Origin: Podarcis tiliguerta
Lineage: Eukaryota
NCBI GenBank assembly: GCA_965153285.1
Contig: OZ229110.1
Reading direction: 5' to 3' (one strand)
Length of the DNA stretch: 64,000 nt
Made by a program: the position numbers and the translations under genes. The number at the start of each line of letters is the position of its first letter. The first letter of the stretch is position 1. This document shows, piece by piece, positions 48,840 through 60,685 of the stretch. Under the pieces are notes generated by a model. The model did not search any database. It was not told where the DNA came from and saw nothing but the letters and a program-made list of their open reading frames with translations.

Positions 48840-49235
48840 GGTTTTGGTGTCCTCGGGTGTCTTCCCGTGTAAAAGTTGGGGTGTCTAGGCGACGTTTCGA
48901 CGAGGTCTCACTCGTCATCTTCAGGCTGGTGCTTTCGGCTTCTTGTTACTGGAACAGAGCAGGATCTCAGTGTTTGAGTTCCTATAAATACTGTTGAGGA
49001 GGTGTGGTGTATAGCCTCCAATGTTCTGGGCAGAGAGGAGGTTCCCAGGCTAGTGTGCCTTTTCTTCTTTTGTTCCTTAATTACTTGAGGGATATCTTGA
49101 GTGATTTCTTGAGTGATTTCCTGAATCCCACTTAGGTGGGTCATTAGGTGTGGATTAGTTGCTAAAGCCTTCGTGTCTTGAACTCTTGAACTTTGTGAAG
49201 AGTTTTTCTGAGAAGATGGCTGTACTGCACTTGGT
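48837..49235 (-). mobile_element. Penelope-like element (PLE) 3' end / pseudo-LTR
   Basis: A minus-strand open frame ending …HQPEDDE* overlaps a hammerhead-like core; the element abuts (AT)18. Confidence 0.75.
48885..48931 (-). ncRNA. Minimal type-I hammerhead ribozyme-like motif
   Basis: Minus strand reads CUGAAGA-U-GACGAG-(UGAGAC)-CUCGUC-GAAAC-GUC: conserved core, perfect 6-bp stem II, palindromic ACGU stem III and GUC cleavage triplet. Stem I is weak. Confidence 0.65.
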
Positions 49236-49289
49236 ACACAGACACATCATGAGTATTAATTACTCATTAGTCACCTGGAATCTCTTTAT

Positions 49290-49798
49290 TTGAAATGTTA
49301 ATCTGCCATTTCCCCCATTGCAAGGAGTGAAATTACAGGGAACCAAGCAGAGGGCCTTCTTGGTAGTCATGCCTGCCCTGTGGAACACTTCCCCGTCAGA
49401 TGTCAAGGAAACTACAGTGGATGCTCGGGTTGCGAATGTGATCCGTGTGGGAGGCACGTTCGCAACCTGCAGCGTTTGCAACCCGCAGCGCCACGTTTGC
49501 ACACACACAAGTTGCGATTCAGTGGTTCTGCACACGTGTGAGTGCTGAAACCCAGAAGTAACCTGCTCTGGTAGTTTCGGGTTCGGCGCGGTGCGCAACC
49601 CGAAGCATCTGTAACCCGAGGTATGACTGTATCTGACTTCTAGAAGACGTCTGAAGGCAGCTCTGTATAGGGAAGTTTTTAATGTATCTGATGTTTTACT
49701 GTGGTTTTGTAATTTGTTGAAAGCTTCCCAGAGTGACGGGGGCACCCAATCTGATGGGTGGCAGATAAATAATAAATCATTATTATTGTTATTATTAT
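49290..49798 (+). mobile_element. L2 LINE 3' end, interrupted by a MITE
   Basis: VKLQGTKQRAFLVVMPALWNTSPSDVKE…[MITE]…YLTSRRRLKAALYREVF; (TTA)n tail. Confidence 0.8.
49415..49629. mobile_element. Tigger/pogo-like MITE, family B, nested in L2
   Basis: TA flanks; CAGTGGATGCTCGGGTTGC…GTAACCCGAGGTATGACTG; interrupts the L2 reading frame. Confidence 0.82.
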
Positions 49799-50562
49799 AA
49801 GCATCTGGCCAAAGAACACCCCCCCCCAACACAGAGAGAGAGAGACTAGAAGCTGCTGTCCCTGCTCAATTGCCTGTCAATGCTGCCTACCTCCCACTCC
49901 TTGCCAACTTCTCCTGTTACATTTCACTCCAAAACCCCATCCTTTCCCAGCTCCTTTAAGCCCCACCATGTTTCCACAGTTCATTTGTGTCCCTCCAGTC
50001 CTGCTTTATTCAACCCTCTGATGTTTTGAACTGCCATTTTAAAACCTGCCTTCTCTTGTGCTCCCCTCCCCATCCCCGACTTCTTTCAAATCCGGGACTG
50101 TGATGCAGCACCACAAACCCTCAAATTGGAACTGCACGTTGAAAACCGTAAATTTGTATGTATATGAGAATGTGTGTTTATGTGTTTACTGTGATCGACA
50201 AAACAGTAGGTGTTGGGTTTTTTTAATGTGGAAAAAGGTTAGAGCTCTTGTCATCATCAGCTGCTCTGATAAAGATTAAATGATGCCATTTCCAAAGTAG
50301 CAGTGATAAAGCTTTGAGGATGGAATGCTTTCAGAAGGGCTTTATTCAGTAAAGCCAAACATTGCTCCAGACTAAGGACATATTAACAATGCATGTCTTC
50401 AACCTGCCACCTTGGAAACTGCTTCATTCTCCTTTTATCAGAGTAGCTGATGAAGGCAGAAACCAGAACATTTTGCAACATTTAAAAAATGCTTTGTTTT
50501 ATTAATCAGAGGAACATAGAGATTATTTTAATGCAAGATCCTGAGTGATTGTGTGTGAAGTA

Positions 50563-51049
50563 NNNNNNNNNNNNNNNNNNNNNNNNNNNNNNNNNNNNNN
50601 NNNNNNNNNNNNNNNNNNNNNNNNNNNNNNNNNNNNNNNNNNNNNNNNNNNNNNNNNNNNNNNNNNNNNNNNNNNNNNNNNNNNNNNNNNNNNNNNNNNN
50701 NNNNNNNNNNNNNNNNNNNNNNNNNNNNNNNNNNNNNNNNNNNNNNNNNNNNNNNNNNNNNNNNNNNNNNNNNNNNNNNNNNNNNNNNNNNNNNNNNNNN
50801 NNNNNNNNNNNNNNNNNNNNNNNNNNNNNNNNNNNNNNNNNNNNNNNNNNNNNNNNNNNNNNNNNNNNNNNNNNNNNNNNNNNNNNNNNNNNNNNNNNNN
50901 NNNNNNNNNNNNNNNNNNNNNNNNNNNNNNNNNNNNNNNNNNNNNNNNNNNNNNNNNNNNNNNNNNNNNNNNNNNNNNNNNNNNNNNNNNNNNNNNNNNN
51001 NNNNNNNNNNNNNNNNNNNNNNNNNNNNNNNNNNNNNNNNNNNNNNNNN
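50563..51049. other. Assembly gap (487 N)
   Basis: Run of N. Confidence 1.
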
Positions 51050-51999
51050 ATGTGAAAAACTGGAGCACGGCCCAGCCTGTGAGAACAGAACTGTAATACC
51101 CACCCCAGTAGGAAGCAGTCAACACAAGAAGGATTATGCAAAAGCTGTAATTGACAACTAATTATTGGCCTGTCTACTTTTTAAAAGTAAGTATAGTTTA
51201 ACACACACACATACACACAGCTTTTTCAGGAGTTTGTATCTTATATTTTCTAATAGTAAATCTTTTGAAATATATTAATAAACCAACCCAAAGTGCACAT
51301 TATTCAAAAACTGTATATGTTTAACTCCTAGCATTTGATACTGAATAAATATTCTTTATTAGAAAACTACAAATTGTGTGGGAAATGGCATCTTAAAATC
51401 CTTGGATCTTGGTGTGTTGACACTTTTTATATACGCAATAAATTTTCACTGAGCAGAAATAAATCTCCAATCCATGCAGCAATGTAAGGAACCATAGATG
51501 CCTAAGGCCTTCTCTCTCAAAAGGCTATAAATTTCTGTCACCTAACTTTTTCTTTAAATAAAAGAAACCCAACAAAAAACCCTCTCTCTATTTCATTTAG
51601 ACAGAAACATATTGTGGCACGATAACAAAAGGCATCCATATGCTTGGCAAGTTAATTAGTGTGTCAGACATCTCGTGATCATATTCAAATCTTAGTTCAT
51701 CTAATAAAGATTAAATATATCTTGCTGTTCACTATTTCCGCTAAGCGCCATCTGAACAAATGGTGTGTACTTCGTTAAACACCCACTCACAAAACATTAC
51801 AGTTATCTGAAGCTGATCTAATGCCACCTCTATATCACTCTAATGTCAAGCATTATTCAACAGTCACTTCTTTGCATTCCTAGATGGTAAAATAACACTT
51901 TTTAAATACTTTAAAGAAAATACGTTGCTTCACAACTACTGCTACTGTTCAGCCAGTGCCTTTGGACAACCGTTTTTGCAACTTATACTACAATCCAAA

Positions 52000-52172
52000 G
52001 AGCTAGGAAAGTCGTCTTATACCGAGTCAGACCACTGATCCAAGTAGCTGAGTATTGTGGTTAACCCATTTTTTTTTCAGGTAGGGGGTACTCCCACAGC
52101 CCCCTCAAGACTGAATCTGGGGCTTCTTGTATGCAAAGCAGATGATCCACCACTGAGCCATAACTCTTTCCC
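52000..52172 (-). mobile_element. tRNA-derived SINE (Squam2-like, CR1-type tail), degenerate
   Basis: Minus-strand head GGGAAAGAGTTATGGCTCAGTGGTGGATCATCTGCTTTGCAT…; tail …GGTCTGACTCGGTATAAG. Confidence 0.65.
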
Positions 52173-52218
52173 AGTAAGTTCATACTAGTTCACAGGCTAA
52201 GGCTGAAGCATCTCAGTA

Positions 52219-52444
52219 CAGTAGTACCTTGGGTGACAGAAGCTTCCGGTTACAGACTCCGCTAACCCAGAAATAGTACCTCAGGTTAAGAACTTTGCTT
52301 CAGGATGAGAACAGAAATTGTGCTCCGGCGTCGCGGCAGCAGCAGGAGGCCCCATTAGCTAAAGTGGTGCTTCAGGTTAAGAACAGTTTCAGGTTAAGAA
52401 CGGACCTCCGGAATGAATTAAGTTCTTAACCCGAGGTACCACTG
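52219..52444. mobile_element. Tigger/pogo-like MITE, family A copy 5
   Basis: TA TSD; CAGTAGTACCT…AGGTACCACTG. Confidence 0.9.
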
Positions 52445-55400
52445 TACTGTTGGAAAATGTAGCTGTTTTCCTCATGCCTCTACCAGAACTGTATCAAAGC
52501 ATCAGTAGCCATTGCAATGCCAAAATTTGCTTATACCATAGTGTACAGATACTCTGTAGTGAGAGTCCTGTATTAACCATGGACAATGAGTACATTATGC
52601 ATAGAGATGTAAGAAGGCAGTGACTTCTATTCCAACTTGTTTTCATCATAATCAGTGATGTTCCCGTTCTTCTGCATTTCAGTTTTTGCCGTAATTTCCA
52701 TTTCCATTTCAGTTTTCAACAGAATTCTTCAACCTATTATTATAAATTGATTTTACAAATATATTCCAAAAACTTAATTGCTCATAATTTTCCTTTTGGG
52801 CAAATTTTTTGTTCTTTGATGTACACAATCTCTTCTGAAAAGCTTTTAAAAATGCTGATCATTAGGTAATCAATGCAGCCACCTGAGCATTATGATTTAC
52901 ATACACAATTTGATACCTTTCTACAAATAATAAAATGCTGCACATGAAAATGAGCAATAATAAACTATTTAACTGATAGTTAAATCATTACTCATACCTA
53001 GCAGCATATTTAAAAGGCTATTGCAAAATTTTAATTACTGTACAGTAGATCTACCTATCTACTGATGGACTAATATAGAAGCAGACAGAAACCAAATCAT
53101 TCATAGCTTTGGGTGGATGGCGGAATGACAGAATCCTTCATTTATAGTGGTGGTAGCTCTAACAAGATGTAAGATTGATTGATTCAGTTGTGAGGTTCAT
53201 ATAGTCATTTTTCTCTCTAAGCCAAGGCTAGGGATATTTGAGAACATCTTCAGTAAGCAGCAGATGGGACAGCTTAATAAGGATTTTCAGCTATTTAGAA
53301 ATGAGAGGATATAATGTAAATATTTATTTTTAGTTTTTCTGTTCTAATGGAATGAGTTCCACAGTGAATAGGCAAGGCAGCTAATGTCTTTGGTCACCTA
53401 GGTTTCATTTTCTGCTGCACATTCAATCCATATAGTCTAAGCTCCTAGAGTTCTTTCAGACTGACAAGAGACACTTTGGTTGAGGGGATCCCTCCCCTTC
53501 TTCTACATTGCTGTGCACTGAATTTCTGTACCACTGTTTTGCTATCCTGATGTTGGTGGTGTGCTTTTTTGTGGGGATTTTATTTGGTGAATCTATTGTA
53601 AATTGTATTCATTTTAATTGCTATATTTTTTTGTCTATATGCACTGCACAAATTCTGCCCGTGAAGTTCCCTAAGGAATATGCATTCCCCAGTTTTGGAC
53701 TGTTAGAATTTGTGTCCTATTTAAATATCTACTGGGTGTGTTTAAATTGCATAGAAAGAAGATGTATCACAAAAGAAGATGCAATTTTCTTCTGCAACCG
53801 TTTAAAAGAGAGAGGCATAAATACCTTCCATTTAACTAATAGAACATGAAGTTTCTCAAATGGTTTTCTTATTTTTTAAATGGCTTGTTTTCTATAGATA
53901 GCTGGTTGAGGATACCTGTCAAAAATGAGATGCTTCAATGCTGCCAAATATTATAAATATTCATATTTATGAATGAAAAATGTCTGTCAGTTACTATAAG
54001 TTTATGTAATGATTGGCTGAGATCCAGCAGTTGATATGCACACATTGAGACTTCCTCTTCCCTGAGCACAGTAACTCTGTGTATGCAGAGCAGGATATTC
54101 CTAAAGGCACATGAAACATTCCCTTATTAAACAGAAACAAAAGAAAGGCCCCTGTACATGCAAAGCTTTGAATTACCCCCATCGTTCAACACCATCTTCA
54201 GTAAGTGAAGGAATTTTCTTCTAAGCAATTTTCTTCTACCATGGAAAATGAACAGTACTGCACAGCTAGTTTCGATGGTGGCCTTTGGTGGGTTCTCCCT
54301 TGGGTGAAATGAAAGGCTAGTCACAGCATGAAATAGGATTTTCACTCACGAGCAGTTCAGAGCTTTCCCCCCAGTCTTTTCATGGTACTTTCCTCAGAAC
54401 TGGTGTCAAATAATTGACCTTTCCCACAACATATGCCAGGTAATATTTTCATCTATGTGAGCACTTATTGAATTCCAAACAACTTCCCAGTCTCCTCTGC
54501 TTACACAGTCTACTCCAGATGCCTCCTTATTTTACTAGTTGACTATTCTATGCATGGATTCTATTTCTTCATTATATAGCTTATCCTTGTGCTCATCGGA
54601 GACTCATTAGGCAGTAACAGAGAAACCGAATCCCCACATCCAACCTACATCCGGAGCCAGTGTCAAGATACTCAAAGACTAGGTGTTTGCAAAAGATGGA
54701 CTTCCATTTTCAGTTGCATTAACAGGCACAAACAATGGATTCCACCTATCTGAGACTGAGCCAGTTCTGTCTACACTCCATTTCCTTCATTACTGTTAAT
54801 GGCTCACTTTGTTTAAAAGATGTAACCATAAGATAATATCTTATTGCTTTTATGAGCACATTTTGGTCAGCCACAGCTCAATGTCTTGTTTTTACTTTCA
54901 AAGCTACATACTCATTCTCCAAGGATGCAGCATTTTCCATACATCATTGGGAATGGGGGGTTGACAGTTCAACAAAAAGAAGTCCACCACAGATGCTGTA
55001 ATCCCTTATTACATCACAGATGGTGGCATATGAATGCAACATTGATGTAGATGTATAATGCAAGGGAAAAAAATAAGACACATGATTCCTGATCCAGAGC
55101 CCTGCATACACTCCTCCACACATACACACAGAAGCCCTAGTACACCACACCTCTCCTCTCATCGTGTTCTAATATTGGAGAAGAAATCCAGGTTTGTTTT
55201 GTACTAGACTCATTGTGTCTGCATGCCAGAGCCAGGAGGTGACAAGGAGGAAAAGGAGAGAGAAGCTTTTCGAGCCCATGATCATCCCAAAGGTCATAAA
55301 CCACAGTTTGTGAAGCTGCGAATGAACATCTAAACCAGACCAGAGTTTACCCAGCCATGAGGACATTTTCTTTCCTCCTAACTACTCAACTGAGCTGAAT

Positions 55401-56562
55401 TACTGCAGGCAGGTAAGCTCTGGGAAAGCAAGCAGATGTCATAACATTGCAGTGGATCATGTTCCCCCTTCCAGGAAGACTGAGAAAATAAATCTGTTTG
55501 GTGGCTGTTGAAAGTTCAGCTATCTTCTACTCAAAACACAAATACGCATAACACCAGAGAAGAGGCAAGGACATTTCAAGATAAACAGAGTTAAGAGCTC
55601 AGCAGTGTTTCATATTCAAGGCTACAAGAGCAAAGCAGATGAGTGCGAGGCCTCCATTCAAAATGAATGGATAAATATATGCGAGTAGGTCTCTCAGCGT
55701 GGGGTTTTTTTAAAAAAAAGCCTAACACAGAATTTTCTGTATGATTCAAGGGCAGCAAATATAAACTAAAGCAACAAATGAAGGGCTAAAATAAATTAGA
55801 ATATTAATTCTATGGAAAAAGGTATCATTCTCCTTAGAGTTGAGGATATATTATTTGTCTGTGGTTACTCAGTCCCATATGCTTGCATGGGAGAGAGTTT
55901 CCCCAAGCTAATTTTTATTTCACTTCTCTCCCCTCCCCCCTCCAGTGGTGCTGGCAACAATCACTGAATATGGTTTGGTGTGTATTTTTATATCTAGCTC
56001 GTCAGCAAATATAACCCAGTAACCACTTCTGAAATTGATGGAGTTCTGCTTATATACATCCCAACAGCAGAATAATTGGCCTATAGTTCCTTCTCTCTTC
56101 AGCTTTATGTTTGACAATATATAACACTTCCATGACAGCAAACTTTTTTAAGCAGAGTAATCCACATATCTGAAACATAGTAAAAGTTTACATCCTACAC
56201 TCAAGGGAAATGTAGGACAACCAAAAAAGGACATGTATTTATAAGGGGAAAGCTGAAAAAGAGAATATCACATACAATATGAAAAGGATAAAGTGTTCAC
56301 AAGCATTTCAGAGAAATCACATCCATTAGAAAAAAATAAATACAAATGCTTTCAGGGCAAGAAAGAAGAAACAATGGGACAAAAAGGGACATGTATCCCA
56401 CTCCCTTTTCTGGGTCTCTAAGCTTTTAAGTCCCTCCCTCCTGGAGTATCTGTTTTGACCATCTTCAGATGCAAATACTGTCTTGGCCTGACCATTGTTG
56501 CAAGCTATTATGCTAATAATCTGCTATCCAGATCTTATTTGAAGGCATATAGCTTAAGACGA

Positions 56563-59500
56563 CCCCTTCATGGATCACTGCCTTGCCGTGGCGAAGGGGC
56601 TTGAAGAACTCAGAGAAGCTATGAACTAAGCCGAGCAGGGCACCCAAGATGAACAGGTCATAGTGGAGAGTTTTGACCAAACGTGATCCACCTGGAGTAG
56701 GAATCGGCAAGCCACTCCAGTATCCCTGCCAAGAAAACTCCATGGACAAAGACAACAGGTATATAAAAGTTATGACGCTGGAAGATGAGCCCCTCAGGTC
56801 GGAAGGCGTCCAACATGCTACTGGGGAAGAGCGGAGGACAAGTACAAGTAGATCCAGAGCTGATGAAGCGGCTGGGCCAAAGCCGAAAGGACGCTCAGTT
56901 GCGGATATGCATGGAAGCGAAAGGAAAGTCCAATGCTGTAAAGAAAAATATTGCATAGGAACCTGGAATGTAAGAACCATGAACCTGGGTAAGTTGGATG
57001 TGGTCAAAAATGAGATGGCAAGAATAAACATTGACATCTTGGGCATCAGTGAACTAAAATGGACGGGAATGGGCGAATTCAGTTCGGATGACTATCATAT
57101 CTACTACTGTGGGCAAGAAACCCATAAAAGAAATGGAGTGGCCCTCATAGTCAACAAAAGAGTGGCGAAAGCTGTACTGGGATGCAATCTCAAAAATGAT
57201 AGAATGATCTCGATACGAATCCAAGGCAGACCTTTTAACATCACAGTAATCCAAGTTTATGCACCAACTACTGGTGCTGAAGAAACTGAAATTGACCAAT
57301 TCTATGAAGACTTACAACAGCTTATAGAAGTGACACCAAAGAAAGATGTTCTTCTCATTATAGGGGATTGGAATGCTAAAGTAGGGAATCAAGAGATAAA
57401 AGGAACAACTGGCAAATTTGGTCTTGGAATTCAAAACGAAGCAGGGCAAAGGCTAATAGAGTTCTGTCAAGAGAACAAGCTGGTCATCACAAACACTCTT
57501 TTCCAACAACACAAGAGACGACTCTACACATGGACATCACCAGATGGGCAGCATCGAAATCAGATTGATTATATTCTCTGCAGCCAAAGATGGAGAAGCT
57601 CTATACAGTCAGCAAAAACAAGACCTGGAGCTGACTGTGGCTCAGATCATCAGCTTCTTATAGCAAAATTCAAGCTTAAACTGAAGAAAGTAGGAAAAAC
57701 CACTGGGCCGGTAAGATACAATCTAAACCAAATCCCTTATGAATACACAGTGGAAGTGAGGAACAGGTTTAAGGATTTAGATTTGCTGGACAGAGTGCCT
57801 GAAGAACTATGGATGGAGGCTCGAAACATTATACAGGAGGCAGCAACGAAAACCATCCCAATGAAAAGGAAATGCAAGAAAGCAAAGTGGCTGTCCAATG
57901 AGGCCTTACAAATAGCGGAGGAGAGAAGGCAAGCAAAATGCGAGGGAGATAGAGAAAGATACAGGAAATTGAATGCAGAATTCCAAAAAATAGCAAGGAG
58001 AGACAAGAAGGCCTTCTTAAATGAGCAATGCAAAGAAATAGAGGAAAACAACAGAATGGGAAGAACAAGAGATCTGTTCAAGAAAATTGGAGATATGAAA
58101 GGAACATTTCGTTCAAAGATTACCATAATAAAGGACAAAAGTGGTAAGGACCTAACAGAAGCAGAAGACATCAAGAAGAGGTGGCAAGAATACACAGAGG
58201 AATTATACCAGAAAGATATGGATGTCTCGTACACCCCAGGTAGTGTGGTTGCTGACCTTGAGCCAGACATCCTGGAGAGTGAAGTCAAATGGGCCTTAGA
58301 AAGCATTGCAAATAACAAGGCCAGTGGAAGTGATGGTATTCCAGCTGAACTATTTAAATTTTTAAAAGATGACGCTGTTAAGGTGCTACGCTCAATATGC
58401 CAGCAAGTTTGGAAAACTCAGCAGTGGCCAGAAGATTGGAGAAGGTCAGTCTACATCCCAATCCCAAAGAAGGGCAGTGCTAAAGAATGCTCCAACTACC
58501 GCACAATTGCACTCATTTCACACGCTAGCAAGGTTATGCTTAAAATTCTTCAAGGAAGGCTCAAGCAGTATGTGGACCGAGAACTCCCAGAAGTGCAAGC
58601 TGGATTTAGAAGAGGCAGGGGAACCAGAGACCAAATTGCAAACATGCGCTGGATTATGGAGAAAGCTAGAGAGTTCCAGAAAGACATCTACTTCTGCTTC
58701 ATTGACTATGCAAAAGCCTTTGACTGTGTCGATCACAGCAAACTATGGCAAGTTCTTAAAGAAATGGGAGTGCCTGATCACCTCATCTGTCTCCTGAGAA
58801 ATCTCTATGTGGGACAAGAAGCTACAGTTAGAACTGGATATGGAACAACTGATTGGTTCAAAATTGGGAAAGGAGTACGACAAGGCTGTATTTTGTCTCC
58901 CTGCTTATTTAACTTATATGCAGAATTCATCATGCGAAAGGCTGGGCTGGATGAATCCCTAGCCGGAATTAAGATTGCTGGAAGAAATATCAACAACCTC
59001 AGATATGCAGATGACACAACCTTGATGGCAGAAAGTGAGGAGGAATTAAAAAACCTTTTATTGAGGGTGAAAGAGGAGAGCACAAAATATGGTCTGAAGC
59101 TCAACATCAAAAAAACGAAGATCATGGCCACTGGTCCCATCACCTCCTGGCAAATAGAAGGGGAGGAAATGGAAGCAGTGAGAGATTTTACTTTCTTGGG
59201 TTCCATGATCACTGCAGATGGTGACAGCAGCCACGAAATTAAGAGACGCCTGCTTCTAGGGAGGAAAGCAATGGCAAACCTAGATAGCATTCTAAAAAGT
59301 AGAGACATCACCTTGCCAACAAAGGTCCGTATGGTAAAAGCTATGGTTTTCCCAGTAGTGATGTATGGAAGTGAGAGCTGGACCATAAAGAAGGCTGATC
59401 GCCGAAGAATTGACGCTTTTGAATTATGGTGCTGGAGGAGACTCTTGAGAGTCCCATGGACTGCAAGAAGATCAAACGCATCCATTCTTAAGGAAATCAG

Positions 59501-59790
59501 CCCTGAGTGCTCACTGGAAGGACAGATTGTGAAGCTGAGGCTCCAATACTTTGGCCACCTCATGAGAAGAGAAGACTCCCTGGAAAAGACCCTGATGTTG
59601 GGAAAGATGGAGGGCACAAGGAGAAGGGGACGACAGAGGACGAGATGGTTAGACAGTGTTCTCGAAGCTACAAACATGAATCTGACCAAACTGCGGGTGG
59701 CAGTGGAAGACAGAAGTGCCTGGCGTGCTCTGGTCCATGGGGTCACGAAGAGTCGGACACGACTGAACGACTAAACAACAACAACAACAC
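56563..59790 (+). mobile_element. Full-length BovB (RTE-clade) LINE retrotransposon
   Basis: 12-bp TSD AGCTTAAGACGA at 56551-56562 and 59791-59802. Length is 3228 bp with a (CAA)n tail. A Bov-A-like 5' segment GGAGTAGGAATCGGCAAGCCACTCCAGTAT...CCATGGAC lies at 56694-56747, and the 3' end GTCCATGGGGTCACGAAGAGTCGGACACGACTGAACGACTAAAC is typical of BovB. Confidence 0.97.
56673..59774 (+). CDS. BovB ORF: APE endonuclease + reverse transcriptase, uninterrupted (first in-frame ATG at 56742, about 1010 aa)
   Basis: APE motifs IGTWNVRT, ILGISE, IQVYAPT, IIGDWNAKVG, IDYIL and GSDHQLL. RT motifs YRTIALISHASKV, QAGFRRGR, FIDYAKAFDCVDH, GVRQGCILSPCLFN and LRYADD. No stops or frameshifts. The track's start at 56673 is a TTG. 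Confidence 0.97.
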   Translation: MTKRDPPGVGIGKPLQYPCQENSMDKDNRYIKVMTLEDEPLRSEGVQHATGEERRTSTSRSRADEAAGPKPKGRSVADMHGSERKVQCCKEKYCIGTWNVRTMNLGKLDVVKNEMARINIDILGISELKWTGMGEFSSDDYHIYYCGQETHKRNGVALIVNKRVAKAVLGCNLKNDRMISIRIQGRPFNITVIQVYAPTTGAEETEIDQFYEDLQQLIEVTPKKDVLLIIGDWNAKVGNQEIKGTTGKFGLGIQNEAGQRLIEFCQENKLVITNTLFQQHKRRLYTWTSPDGQHRNQIDYILCSQRWRSSIQSAKTRPGADCGSDHQLLIAKFKLKLKKVGKTTGPVRYNLNQIPYEYTVEVRNRFKDLDLLDRVPEELWMEARNIIQEAATKTIPMKRKCKKAKWLSNEALQIAEERRQAKCEGDRERYRKLNAEFQKIARRDKKAFLNEQCKEIEENNRMGRTRDLFKKIGDMKGTFRSKITIIKDKSGKDLTEAEDIKKRWQEYTEELYQKDMDVSYTPGSVVADLEPDILESEVKWALESIANNKASGSDGIPAELFKFLKDDAVKVLRSICQQVWKTQQWPEDWRRSVYIPIPKKGSAKECSNYRTIALISHASKVMLKILQGRLKQYVDRELPEVQAGFRRGRGTRDQIANMRWIMEKAREFQKDIYFCFIDYAKAFDCVDHSKLWQVLKEMGVPDHLICLLRNLYVGQEATVRTGYGTTDWFKIGKGVRQGCILSPCLFNLYAEFIMRKAGLDESLAGIKIAGRNINNLRYADDTTLMAESEEELKNLLLRVKEESTKYGLKLNIKKTKIMATGPITSWQIEGEEMEAVRDFTFLGSMITADGDSSHEIKRRLLLGRKAMANLDSILKSRDITLPTKVRMVKAMVFPVVMYGSESWTIKKADRRRIDAFELWCWRRLLRVPWTARRSNASILKEISPECSLEGQIVKLRLQYFGHLMRREDSLEKTLMLGKMEGTRRRGRQRTRWLDSVLEATNMNLTKLRVAVEDRSAWRALVHGVTKSRTRLND

Positions 59791-60685
59791 AGCTTAAGAC
59801 GAAGCATGGTGGCATCTTGAAAAGGGATGGGAAGTGGAGAGAGAACAGAAGAACGTTTCCTAGATAAAGGTAGGAGGAGAAAGTCATCAAGAGCTCATGC
59901 TGGTAAAATTGCAGGTTCAGAGTGGTGGAGAAAGGCAAAAGACAGACTTATCAGAATTTGTCATCACGGCGTTTTACTGAAATTAAGAGAACTTGAAAAT
60001 CAAAGGAGCCAATTTTAGAGAGGCCATGAAAAGAGAATCATTTCAGAGGGTAACTTCCTTGTTTTGCAGTGCAAGAGCAGATGCTATAGTGTCAGAGGGT
60101 GAAAGAGGGCAAGGCAAGGAAGGGGGCAAAGAACACTTTTCAGCCACTACAAAGGGGCTTCTGTGCATATTGTATCTCATTCGGAAACTAGCCTATGAAT
60201 CAAACCAATGGGCTTTTGGTATGTTAACTGTTGTTCTTTAAGAAAGCTTAGAAATATGTTTTTAAAAACTGTCAAATAATTGCCTGCGCATGATTGATGC
60301 ATTTTATTTCAAGAAAATGCAAAAAATAATATGAAAGCCTCAGGGGACAGTGTCTTTTGGCATATGCTCTTCTTGCACATTTCTAAAAAATGTGGTGGTA
60401 CACACCATCTCGAGGAGTAAGAAAACCGCTAAGACTAATCGAAACTGTCAGAAATGTGGCACTTCCATTTAAATCATGGAATTTACATTTTGCTGCTTTA
60501 TTACTGCATGATCCTAAGGACATCCCACTGAGTTCAATAGGGTTTACTATTCAGTATGCGTGCTTAGGATTGTGGCTCTTGAACAGATTGACTTGCAAAA
60601 CAACTAATATGCCACCACATTTCCACAAAACTCAAACGTTTCCATTGGGATTTTTAAATTTTTAATCAGATGTCAGTTTTCTTAC

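Noticed and set aside
49260-49832. 190-aa minus-strand ORF
   Set aside because: Antisense read-through of the L2 fragment plus nested MITE.
50446-50465. CTGATGA…GAAAC hammerhead-like words
   Set aside because: No stem II between the motifs; chance match.
50506-51141. Long ORFs spanning the N run
   Set aside because: Artefacts of the assembly gap.
58805-59746. 313-aa antisense ORF (also 57737-58318, 56513-57046 and other overlapping ORFs)
   Set aside because: Antisense or alternate-frame shadows of the BovB ORF; no independent domain signal.
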